DNA from: an uncultured Planctomycetota bacterium
GTDB lineage: Bacteria > Planctomycetota > Planctomycetia > Isosphaerales > Isosphaeraceae
Assembly: GCA_963845755.1 (NCBI GenBank)
Contig: CAWJTV010000029.1
Span: 128,001-192,000, forward strand
Length of the DNA stretch: 64,000 nt
Direction of reading: 5' to 3'
The notes under the pieces are model-generated. The model was not told where the DNA came from. It worked only from the letters and a program-made list of their open reading frames with translations, and made no database searches. The position numbers and the translations under genes are program-made. How positions within the stretch are numbered: the first letter of the stretch is position 1; each line of letters begins with the position of its first letter. Positions 11,765 to 23,848 of the stretch are shown piece by piece.

Positions 11765-12226
11765 ATGGGAGCCGAGGCCCGCCTGATCGAGTTGAAGCTG
11801 GAATTGCCCCCCGCGCCCAAGCCGGTAGCTACTTATGTGACGGCCATCCGTCATGGCGATTTGCTCTACGTCTCGGGCCATGGTCCCTATCGATCCGATG
11901 GGACGTTGATCGTCGGCCGACTGGGCGACACCATGGACGTGCCGGGAGGTCAGGCGGCGGCACGGCAGACGGGCCTGGCGATCCTGGCCACCCTGAAGCT
12001 CCACCTCGGTTCGCTCGACAAGGTCGTTCGCCTGATCAAGACGCTGGGCATGGTCAACTCGACGCCCGAGTTCCCCGATCAGCCCAAGGTGATCAACGGC
12101 TTCTCGGACCTGATGAAAGACGTCTTCGGTAACGCGGGCGTCGGGGCCAGGAGCGCCGTCGGCATGGGCGCGCTACCGGCCGGAATTGCCGTGGAGATCG
12201 AGGCCATCTTCGAAGTGAAGGATTGA
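11765..12226 (+). CDS. RidA/YjgF family protein
   Basis: LYVSGHGP, VINGFSDL and ARSAVG..LP..IAVEIE motifs. Confidence 0.92.
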   Translation: MGAEARLIELKLELPPAPKPVATYVTAIRHGDLLYVSGHGPYRSDGTLIVGRLGDTMDVPGGQAAARQTGLAILATLKLHLGSLDKVVRLIKTLGMVNSTPEFPDQPKVINGFSDLMKDVFGNAGVGARSAVGMGALPAGIAVEIEAIFEVKD

Positions 12227-12230
12227 GCCC

Positions 12231-13079
12231 GTGGAACGTCCCGGCCGGCTCGACGGCCGCACCTGCCTGATCGTCGGGGGAACCAGCGGAATCGGCCTGG
12301 CCGCGGCGCGACGGTTCCTCCAGGAAGGCGCGAGGGTCGTCGTCGCCGGACGGTCTCCCGAGATCGGGAGATCGGCGATGGCGCAGCTCGCTCCGCTGGG
12401 CCAGGTCTGGGAATACACGCTCGAGCTCGGACGCGGCGAGTCCGAGGTTCTCCTCCTGTTCGCGTATGCTGTGGATGTCCTCGGCGGGCGGCTCGATATC
12501 CTCCTCCATGTCGCCGGGATCAGCGGGAGGAAGTTCGGCGACGGTCCCCTGCACGAATGCTCGAACGAGGGCTGGGAACGGGTGATTCAGATCAACGCCT
12601 TCGCCGTATTCCTCACCAACCGCGAGGCCGTGCAGATCATGCTCCAGCAACCACTCGACGCGACTGGCCTGCGCGGGACGGTCGTGAATGTGGGCTCGGT
12701 CCTGGACCGATCGCCGGCGCCGACGCATTTCGGGACGATCGCCTACGCGGCCAGCAAGGGGGCCGTCCGCGCGCTGACGACGTCGGCCGCCGCATGCTAT
12801 GCCCCGGACCGCATCCGGTTCAACCTGCTCGTTCCCGGCCTGATCGACACCCCGATGGCCGCCCGGGCCGTCAACGACTCGCGGATCCGGCCGTACCTGG
12901 CCGCCAGACAACCCCTGGCCGGCGGCCCTGGCTCGGCCGAGGACGTCGCCGAGGCCGCACTGTATCTCTGCGAGCCGGCTTCGCGGTTCGTCACCGGCGC
13001 CGAGCTGGTCGTGGACGGCGGCTGGTGCGTCTCGGAAAGGGGAATCGATCAACCGGAATCGACCGAGCCCGGGCCATGA
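12231..13079 (+). CDS. SDR family oxidoreductase
   Basis: GGTSGIG, YAASKG, PGLIDTPM and VDGG motifs. Confidence 0.92.
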   Translation: MERPGRLDGRTCLIVGGTSGIGLAAARRFLQEGARVVVAGRSPEIGRSAMAQLAPLGQVWEYTLELGRGESEVLLLFAYAVDVLGGRLDILLHVAGISGRKFGDGPLHECSNEGWERVIQINAFAVFLTNREAVQIMLQQPLDATGLRGTVVNVGSVLDRSPAPTHFGTIAYAASKGAVRALTTSAAACYAPDRIRFNLLVPGLIDTPMAARAVNDSRIRPYLAARQPLAGGPGSAEDVAEAALYLCEPASRFVTGAELVVDGGWCVSERGIDQPESTEPGP

Positions 13080-13858
13080 GCGATCGAACCGATGTCCTTG
13101 CCCAATACCTGGCCGCCGTCCGGTCGGCGATCGACGGCATCGAGGCGACGCAGTTGCCCGCGATCCGCCAGGCGTCGGCACGCTTCGCGGCGACGATCCT
13201 CAAGGGCCGCCTGGTCCACGTTTTCGGGACCGGCCATTCGCGCATGGCCGTCGAGGAGATGTTCCCCCGCTACGGATCGTTCCCCGGCTTCCATCCGATC
13301 GTCGAGCTGTCGATGACGTATCACAACCCGGTCGTCGGCGCCAATGGCCAGCGCCAGGCGATGTTCCTGGAGAACGTCCAGGGATTCGGCCCGGTGCTCT
13401 GGCGGAACTTCGCGACCTCGCCCGACGATGCCTTGCTGGCCATCTCCACCAGCGGCTGCAACGCCGTGACGATCGACGTGGCGCTCGAAGCAAGGCGGCG
13501 CGGAATGCCTGTCGTCGCCCTGACCTCCCTGGCCCACGCCGGTCAGTCGACGTCGCGGCATGAATCCGGGAAGAAGTTGCACGAAGTCGCCGAAGTGGTG
13601 CTCGACCAGCAGGCTCCGGCCGGCGACTCGGCGGTCTGGATCGCGGGCCTGGAGACGCCGGTGGCGCCGCTATCGAGCGTCACGGGTTGCGCGATCATCA
13701 ACCTCGTCAAGGCCGAGGTCGCCCGCTTGCTGACCGAGGCCGGCTCGCCCCCGAAAGTCCTGACCGCCGCCTGCCACCTCGGCACCGATCGCGCGACTCA
13801 GCTCTTTGAAGAGACTTACGATGAATACCGTCGACGAGTTGGAGTGTTGTATCAGTAG
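13076..13858 (+). CDS. SIS-domain sugar isomerase family protein
   Basis: VFGTGHS, ISTSGCN and VVALTS motifs; ATG overlaps the SDR stop. Confidence 0.85.
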   Translation: MSDRTDVLAQYLAAVRSAIDGIEATQLPAIRQASARFAATILKGRLVHVFGTGHSRMAVEEMFPRYGSFPGFHPIVELSMTYHNPVVGANGQRQAMFLENVQGFGPVLWRNFATSPDDALLAISTSGCNAVTIDVALEARRRGMPVVALTSLAHAGQSTSRHESGKKLHEVAEVVLDQQAPAGDSAVWIAGLETPVAPLSSVTGCAIINLVKAEVARLLTEAGSPPKVLTAACHLGTDRATQLFEETYDEYRRRVGVLYQ

Positions 13859-13960
13859 GTAGTAGGCAGTAGGCAGTAATCAGACAACCCATCTGTGGGC
13901 GAGTTTTCGAGCAAGCCCGATTGTCGAACTGAGGTTGTCGTGAGCTTTCGTTCCTGATCC

Positions 13961-14107
13961 CTAACGCGGCCTTCGGCCGCAACCCCATCGGGATTCCCGA
14001 TTCGAGATTCCGGATTCCCGAAGGGGAATGATCCGGGAATCGGGAATCGCGAATCCGGAATTCGGAATCCCCAGAGGCGCGGGGATCCTACCGAGGAAGA
14101 CTCTACT
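13961..14107 (+). repeat. ~150-bp dispersed element (GCGGCC-N4-GGCCGC hairpin plus heptamer arms), copy 1
   Basis: Close similarity to 37862-38017 (reverse) and to three tandem units at 45296-45727. Confidence 0.85.
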
Positions 14108-14137
14108 GACTACTACGTCCTGACCACGACTTCCTGA

Positions 14138-15088
14138 CTACTGACCACGAGGCACGAAGACCTTGACGTCCGGGTGCATGGTGTACAGTCGATCCTGCCC
14201 TTCCGGGGTCCGGACCAGGATGGCGCTGGAGCAATTGTTCTGAATGATCGGGTTGCCGGGATACTTCTCCCAGCGGACCAGATCGCGCGACCGGGCTACG
14301 CAGGTCGTCCAGTCTTTCCAGGGACGCTGGCGATTGGCATGGTAGAACGCGTAATACCAGCCGCCGCGCTTGACGATCTGATTCAGTGCCACCGCGGCGC
14401 GGTCATAGGGCTCGGGCCCCATCGCGATCACGGGGTCGTCCTTGACGTTGGTCCAGACTTTCCGATCTTTCGATGTGGCCAACCAAACACCCAGATCGCC
14501 ACGTTCGTAATAGAGGTACCAGGTTCCCTCCTCGAACCAGGCGGCGGGTGTTCCGTAGGGCCCGGCATCGATCGATGTTCCATCGGTCTTGCGGATGTCC
14601 AGAGATCCGTGATCGGTCCATCGAATTCCGTCATTTGAGGTGAGGAGATGAGCGATGTCGTTCTTGCCCTCGGCGAATAGGAAGTAAGTTCCGTCCTGCT
14701 TGACGACACAAACATCCTCGACCCACGCACCGTGGGTGATCGGATTGGCCGGGTCGCGGGCCCAGTGAATGCCGTCGTGCGACGTGGCGTGTCCCAGGGA
14801 CATCGTCGGAGGCTTGTCGGCGGCATATCCTGTGTACCAGAGATGATACGTCCGATCATCGCCGACCAGGATGTAGCCACGCTCGCGGATCTTACGGTCC
14901 CAGGTGTCGCGGTCCGTGCCGGCGAAGACGGGGTTGTCGGGGATGGGTGACCAGGAGACAAACATCCATGAAGCAGCGGCCGGGGGGCTTTGTAGCTGTT
15001 GCGCCCCGGTGGGCGGTGTTCCGGCCAGGAGGGCCAGAAGGACGGTCAGGCTGCGGCAGGCCGCGTGGAACGCGCGTCTCCGAATCAT
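14138..15088 (-). CDS. Secreted five-bladed beta-propeller glycoside hydrolase-like protein
   Basis: Signal peptide; repeated ATSHDGIHW, TSNDGIRW, TSKDRKVW and RSRDLVRW blades with NPV/NPI. Confidence 0.75.
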   Translation of the reverse strand: MIRRRAFHAACRSLTVLLALLAGTPPTGAQQLQSPPAAASWMFVSWSPIPDNPVFAGTDRDTWDRKIRERGYILVGDDRTYHLWYTGYAADKPPTMSLGHATSHDGIHWARDPANPITHGAWVEDVCVVKQDGTYFLFAEGKNDIAHLLTSNDGIRWTDHGSLDIRKTDGTSIDAGPYGTPAAWFEEGTWYLYYERGDLGVWLATSKDRKVWTNVKDDPVIAMGPEPYDRAAVALNQIVKRGGWYYAFYHANRQRPWKDWTTCVARSRDLVRWEKYPGNPIIQNNCSSAILVRTPEGQDRLYTMHPDVKVFVPRGQ

Positions 15089-15249
15089 GGTGGTGTCCTT
15101 AATCGTGTGTTGGACCGGAGTTGTGATCCTGGTCCGGCCGTCCGTTCCGTGGGGGAACCCATCGTCCACGGCATCGGGTTGTCCATCGTCATGATACCTT
15201 GTGTTCGGAAGGCCGTGAGGTTAACCTAGGTGGGTCGTGTGATCCGATT

Positions 15250-15322
<73 letters not shown>

Positions 15323-15414
15323 TTGTTCACCACGATATCCCTCCGGCTCCCTAATGCAAGCTCCGTTCGGGTTCGACCTCCTCGCCGATTCAAATCCGGC
15401 CCGAGTGACCATCT

Positions 15415-18400
15415 ATGGTACGCGCGCTCATCTCGTGGAGTCTCCACAATCGCTTTATCGTCCTGCTGGGGACGGTTGGGCTGATCTTCCTGGGGATCTA
15501 CTCGTACAGCAACCTCAATATTGAGGCATACCCGGACCCGACCCCGCCTCTGGTCGAAGTCATCACGCAGAAGCCCGGGAGCAGCCCCGAGGAGATGGAA
15601 CTCCTGATCGGGATCCCAATCGAGACGGCCCTCAACGGCATGCCGGGCTTGAAATACCTGCGGAGTATTTCGCTGGCGGGGCTCAACGATGTCAAGTGCC
15701 AGTTCGAGTACGGGACGGATTACTGGGCGGCCCGGCAAGAGGTGATCAATCGCCTGGGCATGATCAGCAACCTTCCTCCCGGGGTCACCCCGGGGCTGTC
15801 CCCGTGGAGTCCGATCGGCGAGATCGTCCGCTATGTCCTGGAAGGGGACGGCTATACCTTGAACCACCTGAAGGCGGTCCAGGACTGGGTCTTGAATCGG
15901 GCCTTCAAGACCGTGCCGGGCGTGATCGATGTGACCGGATTCGGCGGGACCGTCAAGCAATACCAGATCCTGCTGGATATGCAGCTCATGAGGCGGTACG
16001 ACATCACCTTGCAGATGGTCACCGACGCCATCGCGCAGTCCAACGCCAATGTGGGCGGCGACATCCTCTCGCTGGGTCAGCAGGCGCATAACGTCCGGGC
16101 CAAGGGTTACCTGGGCGAGGGGAGAGACGCGCTCGAACCGACCGTCGCGGAGCACGCCTACACGATCGAGGTCGAGAAGCTCGAGGATATCCAGGATGTC
16201 AAGGTAGCCACCTACAACAATATGCCGGTCTACATCAAGCAGATCGCCAAGGTCGTCATCGGCTATCAACCGCGGCTCGGGGTCGTCGGCCGCAACGGTG
16301 ACAACGACGTCGTCGAGGGCATCGTGTTGATGCGCAAGTACGAGAAGTCGCTGCCGACCTCGGAGGCGGTCGAGAAGAAAATCCACGAGATCAACGTCGG
16401 CACCCTCCTGCCCAAAGGGATGAAGATCGTTCCATTCAACCAGCGGACCGACCTCGTGAAGGTGACGACGCACAACGTCGTGCACAACCTCGTCGTCGGC
16501 ATGCTCCTGGTCATCCTGATCCTGTTCATATTCCTGGGAGACTTTACCAGCGCCCTGATCGTGGCCCTGATGGTCCCGCTGGCGCTGTTGTTCTCCGTGT
16601 CGGTCCTCTTCCTCCAGGGGAAGTCGGCCAACCTGCTCTCCATCGGCGCGGTCGACTTCGGGATCATCGTAGACAGCTCCGTGATCATCGTCGAGAACAT
16701 CTACCGGCACATCACGGCGCACGACGCGGACCGGACGCGGCCGCTCATCGAGCGGATCATCGAGGCGTCGCACGAGATCGAGCGCGCGCCTGTTCTTCTC
16801 GACGCTGATCATCGTCTGCGCGTTCATCCCGCTCTTCTCGATGACCGGGCCGGAAGGGGCGCTGTTCGGTCCGATGGCCAACACGTACGCGTTCGCCATC
16901 TGCGGGGCGCTCACCCTGGCGGTGACGCTCACCCCGGTCCTCTGCTCCTTCCTGTTCCAGAACAAGAAGGAGGAGAAGGAGACCTTCATCGACCGGATCA
17001 TGAAGCTGCGATACCTGACCATGCTCGACCGGGTGCTGAGGAATCGATTCCTGGTCCTGGCGGGGATGGGGGGCCTCCTGGCCTTCACGATCTTCCTGAT
17101 CCCCACGCTGGGCGGGGAGTTCATGCCGCCGCTCGAGGAAGGGAACCTCTGGATCCGGGCGATCCTGCCCCGGACCGTGACCCTCCAGGAAGCGGCGCGG
17201 ATGGCCCCGCGGCTGCGCGAGGTCATCGGCTCGATCCCCGAGATCAAGGGGGTCATGTCCCAGGTCGGCCGCCCCGACGACGGCACCGACGTGACCAGCT
17301 ACTTCAACCTCGAGTTCAATGCCCCCTTGATCCCGATGGAGCACTGGCGGACCAAGCCGGTCTCGATCCTGGGACACGAACTCTGGCAGCGCGCGATCAC
17401 CCGCGAGGAGATCCAGGACGAACTCATGGAGAAGTTCAAGGGGTTCCCGGCGGTGAACTTCAACTTCTCGCAATTGATCCGCGACAACGTCGAGGAGGCG
17501 CTCTCGGGGGTCAAAGGGGCCAACTCGATCAAGCTCTTCGGCAACGATCTGGATGTGCTGGAGCGGAAAGGCCAGCAGGTCGTGAACATCCTGAACAAGG
17601 TCCCGGGGATCGCCAACGTGGGGCTGTTCCACATCCTCGGCCAGCCCAACCTGGAGATCCAGATCGATCGTCACGAATGCGCCCGCTACGGGATCAACGT
17701 CTCGGACGTCGAGGCCGTGGTCCAGGTGGCCATCGGCGGGCGGGCGTTCACCCAGATGGTCGAGGGGGAGAAGAAGTTCGACATCGTGCTCCGCCTGCCG
17801 GTGGACCAGCGCGACGACCCCGAGGTGATCGGCCGGATCCCCGTCGATGCTCCCCCCGGCCAGGACGGCAAGCCCGGTGCGCGGATCCCCTTGAAGCAGC
17901 TCGTCACCGTGATCGACCCCCACAAACCCGGCGCCACGTATATCTACCGCGAGAACAACCGCCGGTATATCCCGATCAAGTTCAGCGTCCAGGGTCGCGA
18001 CCTGGCCTCGACCATCCACGAAGCCGAGGAGAAGGTGCGCGACAAGAACTATGGCGCCCAGCTCCCGGACGGCTACAGCATCGATTGGGCCGGCGAGTTC
18101 GCGCAAATGCAACAGGCCAACCGGCGGCTCATGGTCATCGTCCCGATCTCCATCGCGCTGATCCTGATCCTGCTGTTCACGGCTTTCAACTCGATGAAGG
18201 ATGCGCTCCTGGTCATGGCCAACGTGGTCGCGGCCACGATGGGAGGAGTCTGGGCGCTGAAGCTCACCGGAACGCCGTTCTCGATCTCGGCCGCCGTCGG
18301 CTTCATCTCGATCTTCGGCGTCGCCGTCCAGGACGGAGTGCTGCTCATCTCGTACTTCAACCAGATGCGTGCCGCGGGCCTGCCGGTCAGGGAGGCGCTG

Positions 18401-18727
18401 CTGCGCGGGGCCGAGCTGCGGGTCCGCCCGGTGGTCATGACGTCGCTGACCGCGGCGCTGGGCTTGCTCCCGGCCGCCGTCGCGACCTCGATCGGCTCGC
18501 AGGCGCAGAAGCCGCTGGCCATCGTCGTGGTGGGCGGGATGCTGGTCACCCTGTTCTTGACACGCTATCTCATGCCCGTCCTCTACTCGTTCTTCCCCGC
18601 ACCCGCCGGCCATGGTCAATGCCAGACGGACCTGATCATGGGCTCGCACTACACCGACCGGTTCCTTCACCCCCCGGGTAGTCCGCCCGAACGGTATGAC
18701 CACGGCCACGACACGCACGCCGGCTAA
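15415..18727 (+). CDS. CusA/CzcA family heavy-metal RND permease; frameshift near 16790
   Basis: IEAYPD, GAVDFGIIVDSSVIIVENI, GGEFMPPLEEG and RVRPVVMT motifs across two ORFs. Confidence 0.92.
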
Positions 18728-18776
18728 CCACGACCGATCCCACTCGGAAGGGATGGCTCCTTGGAGGCTCGAAGCC

Positions 18777-20133
18777 ATGAAGATGAACTGGAAACTCCTG
18801 ATATCCCTGTTGGTGATCGCCGGCGGCGCGACGGGCCTGACTCTCAACAAAGGGGCCCGCGCCCACGTGCTTGGCGTCTGGCACCGGTTGGCCCAGTCGT
18901 CGGCTCACGGCGAGGAGCCCGCGCCGGACAAGTCCTGGACCGAGAAGCCGAAGACTCCCTGGGACCGCACGCTCAGCCTCACGGAAGGCGAGATCAAGTC
19001 CATCGGCCTGGAAAAGGTCCCCGTGCTCGAGCAGACCGATCCGAGCGCCCTGCCCTTATTCGGCACAACCCATTATGTTCCGTCCACGGTGACGCTCGTT
19101 CGTACGCTCTTCGACAACTGCCGTGTCGAGGAGGTCCTCGTCGACCTCGGTGCGACGGTGAAACAGGGCGACCCGCTGCTCAAGGTGTTCAGTACCGACC
19201 TGGCCGCGGCCAAGAGCGAATACGAGATGGCATGCAGCCAGCATAAACATGACAAGGCCGTCTACGATTACAAGGGCCCGCTCGCTAAGGACAATACCCT
19301 CGCCAAGAAAGAGTTGTACGAGATCGAGAACGACGAGCAACAGAGCCGCCTCAAGATGAAGCTGGCCAAGGACAAGCTCCTGGTCTACGGCATGACGGAG
19401 GAGGAGATCCTGGCCGCGCCGAACGAGGATGGCGCGCAGAAAGCCAAGATGATCCTGCGGTCGCAAGGCGATGGGGTTGTGGTCAAGAAGACGGTCGTGA
19501 AAGGGAACTTCTACGACTCCAAGGACGAGTTGATGGTCATTGCCCCGCTCGATCAGCTCTATGTGGAAGGAAACGTCAGCGAACTCGACGCCGACAAGGT
19601 CCAGGTCGGGCAGTCGGTGAAGGTGATCTTCCCCTTCTCGGATTCCGATCGCGAGGTCAACGCCAAGATCGATTACATCGATAAGGGGATCGATCCCGAC
19701 ACGCGGTCCGCGAAGTTCCGCACCCAGATCCCCAACCCCGGGGGTCGGGTGAAGGCCGGCGCAATTCGTGAAAGTCCAGGTGAAGATCCCCCCCAAGCCC
19801 GGCTTCACCGTCATTCCGCGCACCTCCATGGTCTCCGTCAACCGCTACGACTACGTCTTCGTCCGCAAGCCAGGTAAGGCCGACATCTACGAGCGACGGT
19901 CCATCCAACCGGCCAAGGAGGGTAACGACATCGTGGTCGTGGCCGCGCCGGCGGAAGGCCACCGCGAGCTCAAGCCCGGCGAGGAAGTGGTGACCACCGG
20001 CAGCCTGATCCTCGAGCAGTTGTTCGAGGACAAGGTCATGTCCGAGGGCGGTCTCCTGGTCTCGCAACCTGCCCAGGAGCGGCTCGATCGCTTCCGGAAG
20101 AACCCGATGATCATCTCCACCAACGCGCCATGA
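18777..20133 (+). CDS. RND periplasmic adaptor (MFP); frameshift near 19763
   Basis: N-terminal TM, VDLGATVKQGDPLL, IDPDTRSAKFR and LKPGEEVVTTG motifs. Confidence 0.88.
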
Positions 20134-20524
20134 CGCGATCGAATCCTCGCCGGAAACCGTCGCTTGAGGGAGCGCGGCGCGACCGGCGCAGACAAATTCG
20201 GATCGGCGTAACTCCATAATTTGCAAGCCATTATGCCTGAAGATCCTCCTCGACTGTGATCGCCCTGCGCACCGGCATAACCCCTCCGCACCGACCTTTC
20301 GCGCCGAACCACGCGGCCCTCGCCTTCACTCTCTTGGTTCCGGCTGGTCCGGTCCCACCGACTTTGACGAATACTCCATGAGCGCGGGGATTTCAGATTC
20401 GAAGTGTGGGAAGCCGAATTGCGATAGCAGCGGTCGTTGCAACCCTGAGGAATGGGACACCTGGTCTCGATGAGCCAGGGTCCCCCTCGTCGGGCGCGAT
20501 CCCGAATCCAGGCGGAAAGCGGGA

Positions 20525-22197
20525 ATGCCTATGCTCTCGATCCAGGCAAGGAACGCTTCCCAGGCGTTGAGGCGGTCCGTTCGGCACGGTTGGAATGTCC
20601 TGATCCTGAGCGGTCTGGCGCTGGCCGGACCGGCGCATGGCCAGGCTCCCACGGTGGATTCGAGCATACCCGCCTTACCCGGCGGAGTTGGATCGATGCT
20701 GGGTTCCAGCCCCGGCGCCGGGATCTCGATGTTGGGGCCATCGCCAGGAGCCGGAGGCAGTACGCTCGCCAACTCGCCGGTCTCCGCGGGCATCCTGGGT
20801 GGCCGGGCCGGCCCACAAGCTCCCAAGGGCGTTCCCACCTCGGTCGCGACACCCGGAGCCGGCCAGGGACCGACCGACTTGCAACGCCCGATCGCGGCGC
20901 CACAGCCGGAGCCCGTCTCGCCGACGACCCAGCCTTTCTATGGAACCTTGGACCTCACCACGGAGGAGCAGGAGGAGCCGCCCGACGGCCTCACCCTGGA
21001 CATAGCCATCGAGCTGACGCTGCAGCGCAGCATCGACCTCCGCGCCAAGTTCCACGAGATCCCCATGGCGCGCGCGGATATCCTCCAGGCGAACCTCCGA
21101 TCCAACCCGGTCTTCTACCAGGACGGTCAGCTCTTGCAGTACAAAGGCGAGCCGTTCAGCCGCGCGCGACCCGGCGGCCCACAACAATTCGACACCAACA
21201 TCATCTACCCCCTTGATCTTTCGCACAAGCGCCAGGCGCGCACCATCGTGGCGACCCGCGCGAGAGGGTCCTGGAGGCCCAGTACCAGGAGGCCGTCCGC
21301 CAGCGGATCGACGATGTTTATGACGCGTTCGTCCGGGTGCTCGCCACCCGGCAGACCGTCTGGTATGCGCGAAAGAGCACCGAGAACCTGCGCGCCCTCA
21401 CGGGCCGTGAAGAGCGACTCTTCCGAGGGGGAGAGGTCAAGCGCCTCGAGTACATCCGGGTGAAGAATCAGTTGCGCACCTCCGAGCTCTCGCTCATCGA
21501 TGCCGAGGCCACCGACCGCAAGGCCCGGCTCGAGCTGGGAACGCTCATGAACTTCACGTTGGAACAGAGCGCCCAGATCAAGATCAAGGGCAAGATCAAT
21601 GTGGAGGCGCCCGCGCCTCCGCCCCTCGATGAGCTACGGAGCCTGGCCGTGGCCGAGCGGCCCGACGTCGCTTCATTCCGGCTGGGGATCCAGCGGGCCT
21701 CCGCCGACGTCCGGCTAGCGCGAGCCAATGCCTATAATGATGTCTATGTCCTCTGGCAGCCTTACACGTTCCAGGATAACAGTCCCTACGGCGTGAAGAG
21801 CGCCACATCTTGGGCCCTCGGCCTGACCGTACCGCTTCCGATCTACAATCGCAACCAGGGTGGAATCGAGCGGGCCAGGCTCAACGTCCATCAGTCGCAC
21901 CTCGAACTGGCCGATGCCGAACGACAGGCGCAGCTCGATGTTGCCGAAGCCCTCCAGGAATACGAGACCACGCTTCGTCAGGTGAAGGAGCTGAAGGAGG
22001 AAGTGATTCCCGAGGCGCTGCTGGCCCGCAACGAAGCCTTCACGCTCATGAATCAGGGGGCGCAGAGCGTCCTCGATTACATCCCGGCCCAGCTCGAATA
22101 CAACCAGGTCGTCAAGCAGTATCTCGACACCGCGATTCGCCATCGGCGGAGCATGCTCTCGATCAACACAGTCGTGGGAAAACGGATCATGCCCTGA
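20525..22197 (+). CDS. TolC family outer-membrane efflux protein; frameshift near 21262
   Basis: ARADILQANLRSNP, ERPDV and VPLPIYNRNQGGI motifs; Pro/Gly-rich N-terminal extension. Confidence 0.85.
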
Positions 22198-22199
22198 CC

Positions 22200-22370
22200 C
22201 CGATTCCAGGATTCCCGATTCCAGCTTGAAATCGAGGCGTTCTCTTCGTTCCGGAATCGGGAATCTCGAATCGGGAATCGGGAATCTCGAATCGGGAGTC
22301 TCGAATCGGAATCGGGAATCTCGAATCGGGAATCTCGAATCGGGAATCTCGAATCGGGAATCTCGAATCC
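22200..22370. repeat. Tandem GAATCGG/GAATCTC heptamer array with a short inverted arm
   Basis: Seen directly between the TolC gene and the next CDS. Confidence 0.9.
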
Positions 22371-22407
22371 GATCGCGGCTCAGCCGTGCCAGGGAGGAGA
22401 GGAGAGA

Positions 22408-23139
22408 ATGGGACGACGAAACCATCGCAGAGTGAGGCTGAACCTGGAAGCGTTCGAGGACCGCGTCCTGCTCTCCGCGATCACGGATGTCTTGAGCGCC
22501 CACAGCCTCACCGCCGGCCCGACCGGGGGATTCTCGTCCTCGATCTCGCTCGGCCCCGCGACGCTCAATCAAGGGCCGCTCCTGAATCCCGACGGATCGA
22601 TCAATAACATGGCACTGGCTCCTTCAGGCACCCCCAAGCCGGGAGAGGTCAAGAGGGCGGAATTCGCGGCCCGATATGTGGGCCCCTACAGCGTGGTGCC
22701 CGGTAAGACCACGACCCAGGCCCTCCAGACCCTGATCCAGGGGGCCGGGACCGCGAATACCATGCTGCACTCCGACATCCAGATTCGGCTCGTCACGCCG
22801 AGCGACCCGAGCCTGCCAATCGGCGGCGTCCTCACGATCTTCGACCGCAATATCAACACCAACACGGTCCTCGGCCTGGACCTGGCGGCCTCCCAATCCG
22901 ACGTCGACTCCGCCGGGCGCCCCAACTTCATCCCGACCGTCTCGCTGGACGCCAACATCAGCTCGGGCACCTACATCGAGGGCTACGCGCAGGGCGTCGT
23001 CAAGATCCGCTACATCCCCGGCGGTCGCCGCACGATCCCCGGCGCGATCAGCCAGGGGACGGCCATCGTCACGATTCATGCTCATATTTACACTGCCAAC
23101 ACCAGCTTCCTCCTCCGCAACGTCAGCATCAATCCCTGA
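22408..23139 (+). CDS. Exported hypothetical protein with planctomycete-type RR...LExxEDRVLLS leader
   Basis: RRNHRRVRLNLEAFEDRVLLS followed by a beta-rich sequence. Confidence 0.7.
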   Translation: MGRRNHRRVRLNLEAFEDRVLLSAITDVLSAHSLTAGPTGGFSSSISLGPATLNQGPLLNPDGSINNMALAPSGTPKPGEVKRAEFAARYVGPYSVVPGKTTTQALQTLIQGAGTANTMLHSDIQIRLVTPSDPSLPIGGVLTIFDRNINTNTVLGLDLAASQSDVDSAGRPNFIPTVSLDANISSGTYIEGYAQGVVKIRYIPGGRRTIPGAISQGTAIVTIHAHIYTANTSFLLRNVSINP

Positions 23140-23848
23140 GCCGGCGATCACGAAGCGAGCGGGGAGTTGCGGACATGAGACGATCCAGGCCGTCGACGAT
23201 CGAGAACCCGCCGGTCGGTGTGGCCGCGACGTAGGTCCAGGCCACGGCGTTCGATATCCGCGTCACGACGGGAACCTCATCGCCGTTGACGTAGCCGGTC
23301 GAGAGAAGAAACTCCCGACCGCGTCGGCTGGCGTCCAGCTCCACCGGCAGGTTGGTGAGCTGAGCGAGCAGGATCAGGTAGAACAGGCCGATCGCCAGGA
23401 CGATCAAGCGTAACATGCCCAGCCAGACCCCCGCCGCCAGGAGGATCCACACGACCTGCGCGCCGAGGTTGGTCCAGGGCACGATGACGTTGCGGACGGC
23501 CAGACCCGGATAGCCCGCGGCTTCCTGGATGGCGTGTCCCGCCTCGTGGACCGCCGCGCCGACCGCGGCGAGAGAGCCTCCCTCGTGGACGGCCCGCGAC
23601 AATCGCAGGACGTTGCGGTCGGGATCGAAGTGGTTGCTCAATTCGCCGGTGGACGGCGCGATCTCCACGTCGGTCACTCCGCCGGCGAGCATGACTTCCG
23701 ACGCGGCCTCGGCGCCGGTCAGACACGAAGTAGACGCGATCCGCCAGGCCGCCCGATAAGCCCGCGCGATCCGGATGTTCGCCCAGAGCGAGAGCAGGAT
23801 CCCCGGCAGGACGATCATGACATAGTCGAACCAGATCAGGTTCATCAT
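23129..23848 (-). CDS. Membrane neutral zinc metallopeptidase (YugP-like)
   Basis: LSNHFDP, AAVHEAGHAIQ and LPVELDASRR motifs. Confidence 0.88.
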   Translation of the reverse strand: MMNLIWFDYVMIVLPGILLSLWANIRIARAYRAAWRIASTSCLTGAEAASEVMLAGGVTDVEIAPSTGELSNHFDPDRNVLRLSRAVHEGGSLAAVGAAVHEAGHAIQEAAGYPGLAVRNVIVPWTNLGAQVVWILLAAGVWLGMLRLIVLAIGLFYLILLAQLTNLPVELDASRRGREFLLSTGYVNGDEVPVVTRISNAVAWTYVAATPTGGFSIVDGLDRLMSATPRSLRDRRLRD

